From contig NC_043009.1 of NCBI RefSeq assembly GCF_006345805.1, forward strand, positions 52,142,001 through 52,206,000: DNA of 64,000 nucleotides, in the 5' to 3' direction. The notes beneath the pieces were generated by a model. That model saw only the letters and a program-made list of their open reading frames with translations. It was not told the origin of the DNA and did no database searches. The position numbers and the translations under genes are program-made. The DNA is from Octopus sinensis (lineage: Eukaryota). This document shows positions 12,973-25,845 of this stretch, one piece after another. How positions within the stretch are numbered: the stretch's first letter is position 1; each line of letters begins with the position of its first letter.

Positions 12973-13729
12973 TAGATAGATAGGTAGCTAGCTAGCTAGA
13001 TAGATAGATAGATATACAAGTAAATATGTAGTCCAATGGCTGAAACAAAGAAAAGATACAGGATTAAAGATGAATGTATTTATTTATGCATGTGTATATG
13101 CATGGACACCCACCCACAAAAACACACACACATACACACACACATTTAAGCTATTTAACACACGCACTATGTAAATCTGTCGTAATTGGGTTTATGTATA
13201 ATTGTATCTGACTTTTTAATCGTCTTATTTCTCAGCTGATTTACTCCAACACATCTAGGCAGATCCTAACTAAATTTTACAATATACATCAAGTTATTAA
13301 ATATTTCAACTATTTTCTTTCTTTCTCTATAACACAAAGCCGTATTCACATGGCGAAGGGTAGTGCCTGTTGCTATGGCCACATCAAAAGATTGAATGTT
13401 GGCAAGAGTATGTACTCATATTGAAGATATGACTACGAAGAAATAATCCAACTGCCCAGTTATGTTGGGAAACCGTTCACGAAATTAAGTATAACATGCC
13501 TTCTATGGCCAAAAGTCATATATACGATCGGTTTCTGTAAGATTTCCTTATGACAAACTTCACTTACAGAGAATGTAGGTCGGCTTGAGGATACTGTTGC
13601 GCTACAGGATCGAACAATAGGTCACAAATTTATGAAACGTCATTCTTAGACAAAAGCCATGCCTATAGCATCATGCACAATTTCATTTGACGTGATATTT
13701 TGTGGTTAAATTGTGTTATGAAAGTTGAA

Positions 13730-14300
13730 CATGGTAAGCTAGCAGAACCGTTAGAATGCCCGACGAAATGTTTGGAGGTATTTTGTCCAAGGTCAGCTCT
13801 GACGTTCCGTGTCAATACAGTAAGTACAAGTTAGGTATTAGGCCGATGTAATTGACGTCTCAACTCGTCAAAATCTGGTGGAACTGTGCAAAAATTTGAA
13901 ACCAAATAAGGTGGCGTGCTGGCAGAACCGTTAGCACGTCGTCGATCAAAATGTTTAGTGGAATTTTGTCTGAGGTGGACTTCGACTTCCATCAGTTGTG
14001 TGTCAGTAAAATAAGTATATGTCAAGTATTGTGTCGATGTAATTGACTTCCCCACACCTCAAATACTGGTGGACCTGAGTAAAAATTCGAAACTATATAA
14101 GGCGGCGTGTGTGTAGAACCGTTAGCACACCGGACAATATGCTTACCAGCATTTCGTCTGTATTTAAGTTCTGAGTTCAAATTCCATCATACATACACAC
14201 ATACATAGCTTTCCTGTACTAAACATCCTTTAGGGTAGTCAATCGAATGTTAAGTACTGGGGTTATTGAAATCGATTTCCTCCTCTGCTAAAATATGATA
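13730..14300 (+). mobile_element. Head-to-tail trimer of diverged family-A SINEs
   Basis: Heads with agaaccgttag at ~13733, ~13908 and ~14099. The first two units end aaat(c/a)ctggtgga.ctg..(c/t)aaaaatt.gaaac. Period about 180-190 bp. Confidence 0.7.
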
Positions 14301-14802
14301 GTGTCATTTTATGTAGGATGCGATAATTATCTTTCCATTTTCCTATAGATATCTAATTTTACCCACTTAAAGAAAGGTATAAGGTGGCATTATCAATGTT
14401 TGCTTTTAGTAAGCATACATTTACTCTTACGATGAAACGTTAGATCCAGTAGTTAAACCAGATATTTCTTTCATCTGATGCATTAATATTAAACGATAAT
14501 CATACTATAATAGCAGCGATAGTATTCAAAATATATAAAAAAGAAAGTTCTAATGGTATTTAAAATCAAAATTTTATTTCATAATTTAAAAGATAATGCA
14601 AGTTTTCAATTACAATGTCTAACTGTCTCTGTGTGTAGACGTGGACACAGGCACACACGAAATGAACACAAACACACGTCTGTGTACAGGTATAGGCAAC
14701 CGTCAACACATACAAGTACGCATGCACACATATAGGTATTATCCGGTTATCGATTTATCCATCTGTCTATCAATCTATCTATATCTATATCTATTTATCT
14801 AT

Positions 14803-15186
<384 letters not shown>

Positions 15187-15279
15187 AATATTTACTGAAT
15201 CTCAGTCTTTTATACGCTGGGCCACTGGTGTTTAAATTGATGTTATTAAATTAATATCCATTTTTTTCACCCTCACTTT

Positions 15280-15349
<70 letters not shown>

Positions 15350-15366
15350 TATATATACATATATAT

Positions 15367-15499
15367 AATCCTTTCTACGATAGGAACAAGGCGTGAAATG
15401 TTTTAGGGGAGGGTGCTATTCGATTACATCGAGCCTAGTATTCCACTGGTACTTAATGTATCGATCCCGAAGGGATGAAAGGCAAACTCGACCTACGGC
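15367..15499 (-). mobile_element. SINE family A, 5'-truncated
   Basis: gatcccgaagggatgaaaggcaaactcgacc core on the plus strand, equal to the reverse complement of the family core. Confidence 0.75.
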
Positions 15500-15819
15500 T
15501 CCACATTTTTATGCCCCACAGAGTATGATTAGTTGCATATACAACCGGGCATAATTTCTAGTGCAGCTTAGTTCAGGGTCTTTCAACCAGCTTGGCACGA
15601 AACGTACTTTATTTACTTATCTGATCCTTTAAAATTAGGAACTGCAGATTTACTTCGGCGAAGCCGTAGAGAATGGGAGGAAATAGATGTGAATCATCTA
15701 TAGAAGAAATATGCCAGATCTTTACATCGGGACACAAATTGTGTAATAGTACACAATAACATGTCTTAAGATTATTACACAAACAGTCCAAGAACTTTAA
15801 GCTATTCAACACACATACT

Positions 15820-16170
15820 AGGTAACTCAAGAGCCCATCCACAGATAGGTGGGAATGAAAGATAGAAGCCCATTTCCAGAACTCCCTAATTGCATACACT
15901 TATCCTTAACCAACCTGGTATATATTCCCTTAGCTAGCATAATAAATACCACAGCCACGAAAACCGCTGAATAACTGAAAACTTAACATAGAACTGAACT
16001 ACTCAAAAATGAAATACATTACAAGAACTATAAGCTTGTTGAGAATCCAAGAAATCATCTACTATAATACACAAAGCCAGTCAAAACAGTTAAATAAACA
16101 TTGACCTAATTCGATAGAATCCCTACTTCGGCCAGTAGCTGGTGTGAAGCCGAGGTCAACCATAGAATGT
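15820..16170 (+). pseudogene. Possible heavily decayed non-LTR RT fragment (domains 0-2)
   Basis: One frame with several stops reads KSPSTD...IPQP...TRTISLL...AGVKPRSTIE, matching the order KAPGPD / YRPISLL / QAGF..GRST. Confidence 0.35.
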
Positions 16171-16471
16171 AACAACCATACCGGATTTTAGATCTAAATT
16201 TACCTCCTATTGCCTCTTACTGAGGCCTAACCAATAACAAAATAACTGACGAAACTGCACAGAAAACTATGCCCGGTTGTATATATAACTCCAAATACTG
16301 CGTGCGACAGAAACACGTGTTGGTCGCCGTAAGCATGAAAATAAACTGTATGGCATACCGCAAAAACAAAGGAAAGAAATTGAGGATGTAAAGGTTTCCA
16401 TATTCTCTATCGTTATAACTATTGCATATATGCAAAAATATATGTGTATGTGAGTATGTGTCATGTGGTAT

Positions 16472-16512
<41 letters not shown>

Positions 16513-17646
16513 CGTTTATTATTATACGCACAAGCACATATGCACTTTCCGTGTTCTTAATGTGCTTTGTCCACCGCATGTCTTCCTGTAGTGTATTGTA
16601 TGTGGAATGGAACTGAATCCCGTCTCCACTTACTTGCCAAATCAACCGCCCGTACAGGTGACGACGGTCTATCACCACTTATATATTATCTTTATTGTTG
16701 TTGTCATAGTGTTAAAAATCTGCTCCGATGTTTAATACAAGAAAGCTATTAAACATTTTAGTTGGATTTATCATAAATATAGTCGCGCAATTCTTTCTGT
16801 AGATTAGCGAATGCAAAATGGAAAAGGGCAGGATTAAGTATGTTTTATGAAAGACATCAATTTAAACTTTTAATCCATAAAGCTTTATCGTCAATATCTG
16901 ACACTAAAAGAATAGTCAAGACTTATGTAAAAGCTGTGCACGAAGAACGAACGAGCAATAATCTACAATCGTTATTATTAATGAGTCTACTCTGGAATTC
17001 GGATATGTGAAGCCATTTGAATATAAGCCTGACTCTTAGTTTTCCAGTTAATGGGTATCATTTTATACACATGCACATTATATAAGTGTGTGTGTGTGTA
17101 TCAGTGTGTGCGCATGGGCGCGCGTATGTGTGAGGGTGTGTGGGTATAAGTATACATATGATGTACATATATATGAAATGTATTTACCTATGTATTTATG
17201 CATATGTTAATATAGATATATGCATATACACAGGTAGGTATATATGTGTGTGTGTGAGTTTGCAACAATTAAACACATAAATACCTCCATATACATATAT
17301 GTATGTATATACATACATACACACATACATATATATATATATATACATGTGTACATATATACATACAAATATGCATAAATGCATATACACAGATGGGTAT
17401 ATATATATATATATATGTGTGTGTGTGAGTATGCTTACATCCACTGCACCTACATGTGCAACAATTATATACATACATACATCCATATATATATGTATGC
17501 ATATACGTTGACACATACGTAAATATACATATATATATAAATATATACATATATAAATACACACACACACACATATACGTAAATGTCGAACGATGGAATG
17601 AAGGCTCAACACCGCATTGGTGGATATATAAGAGGCAGAGAGAGAG

Positions 17647-18250
17647 AGGAAAATCATATGGTTGAATCGACCTCATTGCATAAATGTAGCTACTAACATA
17701 GCTAGGAAATTCGTAAAACTAATAGAGAGCCACTTTCCATTTTCGCACAAGTATCACAAGATCTTCAGCAGTAACTCTATAAAAATTGGCTATAGTTACC
17801 TCCCATATATAGTGTCAATAATAGCCAATCACAGAAATATCCTAGAAAATACAATGCAACTTCAGATCTCCAAACCACTGCCCTCTAAACAACAACTGTC
17901 TCAAGAACGAACTTGCACATAAGGCTAACATCACGGACCCCAACGGAATAGCAAAGACGTATATCAGAATAACGGGCAACTCATTCAAGTACACGTATAC
18001 ACAACATCTTGCGTCATTTTTGGAAAAAAGCAAAAACATCCGACATCCCCATCAAAGAAGGTAGAATACTCAACCTCTAGAATAGAATGGACAATTATTG
18101 CTGAAGCCAAAAAATACAGAGGAGGGGTACCAAATGTGAACTCTGTATTACTGAAAAAATTAAACATTATACAATCAACATATTACACCTTGAACATTAT
18201 GGATGAAACCTCTCCCTGCATACACAAGCAGTAATTTACAATCAAAGTTT
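17647..18250 (+). mobile_element. Penelope-like element 3' ORF remnant (GIY-YIG endonuclease region)
   Basis: RKIIWLNRPHCINVATNIARKFVKLIESHFPFSHKYHKIFSSNSIKIGYS, then KANITDPNGIAKTYIRITGNSFKYTYTQHLASF, IEWTIIAEAKKY and CELCITEK, with frameshifts. Confidence 0.8.
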
Positions 18251-19864
18251 CAAAGAAAAGAGCCTATAAACAAAGGTGACCCTCCCAGAATAGCTCCTTT
18301 CCTAAACCTGAACGCACATAGCATACGAACTTCAGAAGAAATATAACCCAATGAAGAACTACATCAAAATACGAGAACAAAAACTATATACGCAGAACAA
18401 AAACTCTTTGCGCAGTACAAAAACAAATAATGCAAAATAAAGCAAACAAATGAAGAACCACACAAAATATTAACAAACAGACAAATCCAAGGGAGACAAA
18501 CATCCAAAAATGCCACTCATAAATACCATCCCTTGATTCATTGAACCATTGATTTATTTACGCGAACTCCTGTGAACGTAGTTTGACTGCTTTCCAAAAT
18601 GGAGGCGAACAGCTTTCTCTATGCGTTCCGCTTAAAGAATTCTTAAGACACTAGGATATTTTCCTATATTTCTTAACATGAAAGCAATGGTAGCCATAAT
18701 TCCCAAATAGAAAAAATGTGTGTGTGTGTTGTCTATCTACTCCTCATACTCATTTACCTATTAATTGGCTTAACAAATTATCTTCATATTAAAATCAAAG
18801 GCGTCTGTTTTACCAGCCTGTCATTATCGAAAGATGCTTCAATATTAATTGTCCGAAAAAATATTACAATGAAAGAGTACACATGGGGAATAATTCATGA
18901 AATTCTAGTTCAAACACTCAGCGATGTTTTTTGCGCGTAACATGGAGGGGACAGCATCGCACCAGTAAACGTGATTTCTTTGAGTTCTTGCAGTTCTTGG
19001 AGTGAAACTTGTGTGGTAGAATTATCGAAGAATGCAGTGATCTATAAGTGGTGGCTGCAGTGAAATAGGAGGAAGCGTTCGATGATAATTATGACGTACG
19101 TAAGATGCATTAATGGCCTCTATTATATGTACGTATTTTGTTTACATTATTGCTAAAGGGACCTTTCAAACACTCTATATGTGTGTGTGAGATAGAGAGA
19201 GAGTGTGTGTGTGTGTGTGTGTGAATGTAAATTTATATATACGTACATAGCAGATACATATGTATATAAATATATATGTGTATGTGAGTGAGTGTACGTG
19301 CGTGCGTTCGTGCGAGTGTGTGTGTGTGTGTAACAAATAATGCTGAAGAAAATATATATGTGAAGAATGATATTTAACGCATTTGAGTATGTTCGAACGT
19401 GGGTAAATCTTTTAATTTTAATTTTAATTTTTCGTGTGCTATGTGTGTTCAGATTTAGGAAAGGAGCTATTCTAGTAGGGTTCCCTTCGTTTATAAGAGC
19501 TCTTCTTTGAAACTTTTGAGTGTAAAATACTGTTTGTGTATGCAGGGAGAGGTTTCACTATTGGGCTATTAATGACGGCATAGAATCGTAAAAGGAATGC
19601 GTTCCCGTGTTCTTACTCGAGATCTGTAATTGTTATGGAAGAATCCTAAATGACACCACGTGACTGAAGCTGGACAAACCGATTACAATAAATAAGCCCT
19701 GTGTCAACTGTCAGGGGCCCGGAGAGTTGACGGTCTTAGTTTGACCTTGCTGATTTACGATGTTAGGTACATGTGTGTTGTTTTAACATTGAATACTGAG
19801 TGCCGTACGTACGTTCGAGCAGTTCGGAGTTCGTTCTGTGTTAATATGTATTTCTGCTATAGGT

Positions 19865-19920
19865 TATTTTTGGATAACCACAACCAACACAATATTTTTG
19901 GATAACTACAACCAACACAA
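19865..19920. repeat. 28-bp tandem duplication
   Basis: tatttttggataac(c/t)acaaccaacacaa x2. Confidence 0.9.
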
Positions 19921-20465
19921 TTTAACAACAGACGTGTATACACACGTCATAAGAATCATCATAATCGAATACATCGTTTATAGCTATTTGAGAGTGTATC
20001 TTCTTAGACAAGAGGAAAGGTTTCTCCTGAGACAATTTCCAAAGCTAAAGTTATATATACGATTTTGACAAGTATCATAGTACATGTATATATTTTATTC
20101 AACGCTGCTTCATGCGAGCCTGTTTAAATAATCCTAACTCGACTAAGATTTACATTAGCTAGCAAATTTATTATTTGCACTTCTTATATATCAAAACTTG
20201 TTTTGGGAGGGCTGTCAGCAACACCTTCGGTGTTCATGACTGATGACTCATAATGACGCAGAGACTCATGCTTTCCACAATCTAATGGTGACATGCAAAA
20301 AACAATTGTTTTTTTTATTTTTATGTATGCCATATAAGAAGTTAATCGTCTCCTGGGAATATATCTGTGGAAAAATTGGTCTTTGCACGCTCGAAAAATG
20401 CACACCAAAAACATGTTTGATATCATTATACATAAACACACAAACACACACACACACACATGTAT

Positions 20466-20550
<85 letters not shown>

Positions 20551-20914
20551 ATATATATATTATGTATATATGTATGTATGTTTGTATGTATATATGTATG
20601 TATGTATATATACAAGTATTTATGTGTATGTTTATATTATAAGAATTTAGAAATTCAGAGAATTGGAATAAATTATTAATGTATGGTAAATTTTGAATAA
20701 CCTTTGAATGGAAAGAAGGAGTACCCGTGATGGTGGGAAAACATTTGCTAGTAATATGTGTATCAGCCACGGTGGATAGAAGTGGAATATACTTAAAATG
20801 GAAACCATGTCCAAATGCTAGCAATAGGTTACTTTTTGTTCAAGACCTCCTGCAAGTTGTGATATTGCGCTTCTGATACTGGATGACAATTTTCAACCAT
20901 ATTTTCCAGGCTTG

Positions 20915-21076
20915 GTATTTGAGAAAGGTGGTTACGGGCACGTTATTTTATTTATCCCCGAAAGAATGCAAGTCAAAGTCGACCACGAGTGAGGTTTAAA
21001 AGAAGGGCGTAAAGGGCTTGAATGAATATCGTAGGATATTCTATCCGACACGCCAACTCTGCCATGTCACTGCCTT
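20915..21076 (-). mobile_element. Old SINE family A copy
   Basis: ccccgaaagaatgcaagtcaaagtcgacc ... actctgccatgtcactgcctt. Confidence 0.6.
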
Positions 21077-21290
21077 AAAACAAAATAAAAATATACATAA
21101 TTTTTTTAAAAAACATATGCAGCTACTAAACAGAAAAAAAAAGAAAGCGTTATGCCAAAAACAAAAAAAAACACCCAATAGCAAAAAACTTTCTTTTATA
21201 GATATTCGGGTTGACCCAAGTCTTGTCAATAAAACTGGGTCGACAGAAATGTTGTCAGAAGAATTACTCATGCAGTTCAAAGATCCATAT

Positions 21291-22230
21291 TCACTCATTC
21301 ACTCACTCACTCACTGCTGTACAGTTATTATCTAATTATTTGATTTTTCCTATAAGGAAGTAACTGGATTCTAACAGACACAACGCTCCGTCGATGAAAT
21401 TTAGATAGATAAAACAATGTGATTTATTATTGTGTGTAACACACACAATAATAAATCGGTTTCATTCGAGAAATACATAAAATTTTCAATTGTCTGTGGA
21501 ATACTAAGCAAATAACAAACATTCTGATTCAAATAATATGCAGTTGAATTGATCGAACTGCTGGAATAATTCTCGTCGAAACCGACACAGACCCATTTAC
21601 ATTTTTACCATATGTGTATGATGATATGTGTATCTCTATACATATATAAGTTATAAGTTCGTGATTGTCTGACCAAGAACGTTAACTGTTATCCTACATA
21701 GTTGACTGTTGCAAATGCAAAGTTGTAAGAACATTAATTTCAGTTCACTGATCAATATAACTTATCTTATAGCTCCAAGCTTTTGTAACGTGTTGTTTGC
21801 TTGAATTCTCGTAGATTATTATTGATAGCAAGGTCTTTGTTTTCACTCCGCTTGGCGATAACCTATCTCCAAAACTTTGCACAGATTTTCGGACACTAAG
21901 AGTAAAGGTAAATCTTTTTTAATATTGTTTTGTTTTAGTGTAACAGGATCCTTTGCGTGGCACACACCCTCATCTATGCCTCAGTATATTTTACATTTAG
22001 TCTTATTTCTATACCTCTCACTTACTCACTCACTCACTCACTCACTCACTCACTCACCCACTCACTCACTCACTCACTCACTCACTCACTCTCTCATTCA
22101 CTCACTCACTCACTGCTGTACATGGATGCATAATCTGTATCTAATTATTTTGGTTTCTCCTATAAGGAAGGAACTAGTTTCTAACAGACACAACGTTCCG
22201 TCGTTGGAATTTAGATAGTTAAAACAATGC
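21291..22230. repeat. Pair of ~135-bp diverged direct repeats (21291-21422 and 22093-22230)
   Basis: Both read (tcac)n tgctgtaca...tatctaattattt..tt..cctataaggaag.aact...ttctaacagacacaacg.tccgtcg..g.aatttagatag.taaaacaatg. Confidence 0.85.
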
Positions 22231-23864
22231 TACATTTTGAATGTGAGAAAGTCTTGCATATCTTTGCTATTCCAATTACAGGTCGTATTTGTGATGTGCA
22301 TTTAAGCTAGTTGATATTTATTTTCTGAAAACCCAAATCATTCCAAATTGGGACTTCAACATTCATTCACAAAACAAATACATCGATTATTACTGGTATA
22401 AATATGAATTTAAAATCTGGGTGTAGAAACTGAATGCTTTGTGTCAGATACCCATAATTATATTTGCCTCCCTTTAATTTTCTAACAGGTATTCATATCA
22501 GATGGTAACCAGATGGTAACACACAGGTATGGCGGTGAATTCTTTTATTTGCATGCCCTAATCTTTAATAGCCTGTTACTTTTGCACTTTGAAGTTTTAT
22601 TGAGAATGTGTCACTAATAATCCTTGAACTGGTGTTTATGTATTCAATAGCTAAGGAGTTTCTATATTTGTCCCAGTATAGATTTTTCCTCAAGTGGCAT
22701 CTTATGTTTTAGCGACAACGTCATTTCGTATTTGGACTCAGATGATTACAGGAATGATATTTTCTTCAATTAAGTGACATAATCGACATTTTCACTCGCA
22801 TATTGGAGTTTAAAATGTTTCACTGTCTAACGTACTTTGTTACAATGTTCTGTTCTTGAATTGTAAATGCATTGCTTTTGAGGTGTGATGAGGTGTAGTA
22901 ATGAATAGTCCAAGAGAGGGTGTACTTTATGTGGATATATGTGTCATCTTCAAGTCTTCGAGAAACATTCCTATGCATAAAATGTTTTTCGTAAGCTAAT
23001 CAATAGAATGCTGAGGGTTGCACATCCAGGGCTTCTTTCAAGCATACTAGTCAAGTCGTTTTGGAGTTGTATGAGAAGTCGTCTCAGAGTATTACCTGAA
23101 GTGCTCACAGCCAGCACGTACGATGTTGCACTCTGTACTTTTCAACACTAGATTTATATACAATTGATTTATGCAGATACTCAGTTAGTTTTTGCTGCTG
23201 TTGCTTAGCATATACTATCGAAGTGATATCATATGATATCTGAGTGCAGTTTGCAGTGATGTCAGGCGTCTACCTCCATCATTTCCATTTAGGCACAAAG
23301 TGTTTGTATTTCTGCCTCTTTGAAGGTTCCTGTTTATGTCGGGATTTTGCAAGTTTTATTGTCTAGAAATGATATTTCCTCAATAGTTTAGTATCCCAAA
23401 TATTGGTATCACAACTCTACTCTCAAAGCATTGAGGGGTACTATCTTGTTGCAAGAGAAGAATTCTGACAGTCGTATTTTGCTAATTCTGCTATTAAATC
23501 CTCGATTAATTCTATATTTATTCACAGTAATTTATTTTCATTAGTAATTTCATAGTAATATGTTTGCATCAGTTCCCAGGCATTTCTACTATTCAATTTG
23601 CAGTACAAGTTAAATTGAGAGATCTTTGATTCAAAGATTTTTGTTTGGGTGGGCAACAGCTGTTCCTCTTTTTCGAGTATCACATACGAACATTTCTATT
23701 GATATAAATATATTCCCATGTCAGCTGAAAATGTCATAAGCTCCGCCTTTTTTGGCATGGTAACATTTTATGTATGTATGTATGTATGGATGGATGGATG
23801 GATGGATTGATGAGTGAATGGATGTATATATTTTCGTATGCGTGTGTGAATGTATGAAGGTATG

Positions 23865-23900
23865 TATCTATCTATGTATCTATCTATCTATGTATCTATG

Positions 23901-23973
<73 letters not shown>

Positions 23974-24004
23974 GTCTATCTTTCTATCTATCTATGTATC
24001 TATG

Positions 24005-24063
<59 letters not shown>

Positions 24064-24065
24064 GC
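23865..24065. repeat. (CTAT)n microsatellite
   Basis: Directly visible. Confidence 0.95.
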
Positions 24066-24688
24066 ATAAATAACGGTGACAGCTTACTTTGATATTTCAC
24101 CAATACTCGTGAATCAACAGGTTTTGAAAAAAAAGGAAATAAAAAACAGCATTAGCGAAACTTCGAGACAAACAGTTATTTTTATTAATGTTATTTTGAC
24201 AGTACGGCTAGCGCGTATGTTTAGTATACTTATGTAAACAAACCTATTAAACAATCGATTATACACGCATACATATTTTCTCACAAACTAACAAACACAT
24301 ATACACACCAATATATAAGTTGTGTCCCGGTGTCCAGGCAATTATACAGGATGAAAAGAAGAGTGTGCGTTAAGGTACATTTCATACATTTTGTCTCACA
24401 TGTAACAATAACGAAACCATATTATTAAACTTAGAAAATAAAATATATGACGTACTTCCACGGGTGTATATAGTTCTCCATGGCGGTGTTAATGCTGATA
24501 AAAAGCTAATTAAGGAAATATATTAAATAATTAATCTCATGATGTATACGGTTAGAAGGTGAGCTGTATTAAATTTCTGTCATGGATATTTTATTCATAC
24601 AACACACTGATTTCTAACCTACAGGAAATTAGCTCTCATTCTGATGAAGCAGAAGAAAGCACTTAACCTCACGTATAAATAAATAAAC

Positions 24689-25163
24689 TTTTATTTTTAT
24701 TCATGCGACCTTTTCAAACCTAGCCAATCTCATGGGCCCGGTTTCCCGGTTTCTATGGCGCATGTCTTCCCTTCCAGCTGGACGAGACGCCAGTCCATCG
24801 CAGCGTTACTCAAGAAACAGGAAGAAAGAGTGAGAGAAAGTTGGGGCGAAAGAGTACAACAGGGGTCGCCTCCACCCCCTGGAGGAGATTTGTGGAGCTT
24901 TAGGTCCACTGCCCTAACCAATTTATGCGCCCTTTTCAAGCCTAGCCAATCTCATGGGCCCGGTTTCCCGGTTTCTATGGCGCATGTTTTCCCTGCCAGC
25001 TGGACGGTACGCCAGTCCATCGCAGCGTTACTCAAGAAACAGGAAGAAAGAGTGAGAGAAAGTTGGGGCGAAAGAGTACAACAGGGGTCGCCTCCACCCC
25101 CTGGCGGAGCCTCTTGGAGCTTTAGGTCCGCTGCCCTAACCACTGGGTCATTGCGCCTCCACC
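24689..25163 (-). mobile_element. Dimeric, internally deleted family-B SINE with a 15-bp TSD
   Basis: Two ~222-bp units starting at ~24703 and ~24925. Flanked by TATAAATAAATAAAC at 24674-24688 and 25164-25178. Confidence 0.85.
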
Positions 25164-25663
25164 TATAAATAAATAAACAATATATAATAAATGAAAAACC
25201 AAAAAACAAAATATATTACATAGATTATCTCTCGCTCAATAGTCACTATGCATTTGCATATGTAATGTATGCGCAGATCCCGGAGTGCTTTCAAAGGCAG
25301 ACTAACATTTGACTATTTGCAGAAACATTTCATTTGCATGCTGCCGATAACTATCCAAAGGAAATGCTCAATACCTTTGGCCCATATACCTAGGCACCTG
25401 TATTTTCGGAAGCATTACGTTGGATTGGAAAGAGCCGAAACATAAAGGATGGGAAAAGATAATGCAACGCTGCTCCTCTGACAGTAACGCTTAATCCAGT
25501 GGAGTAGAAAAATATTTTACAGCAATCCTATTTATGAGGTAGAGTAATTTCATAATAAGATACATAGACAGACACTCACACACTCACACAGATGTATATA
25601 TATGTATGTATATACATACATACATATATATATATACATATATATATATAAATATATGTATAC

Positions 25664-25751
<88 letters not shown>

Positions 25752-25780
25752 TATATATATATACATATATATACATATAT

Positions 25781-25845
<65 letters not shown>

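Noticed and set aside
20237-20272. CTGATGA inside a catga...tcatg hairpin
   Set aside because: There is no GAAA / stem III arrangement, so it is not a hammerhead.
20000-20420. Possible RTE AP-endonuclease remnant on the minus strand (..PRRRLTSY..NVNLSRVR)
   Set aside because: The diagnostic IDY and SDH motifs are not visible, so it is too weak to call.
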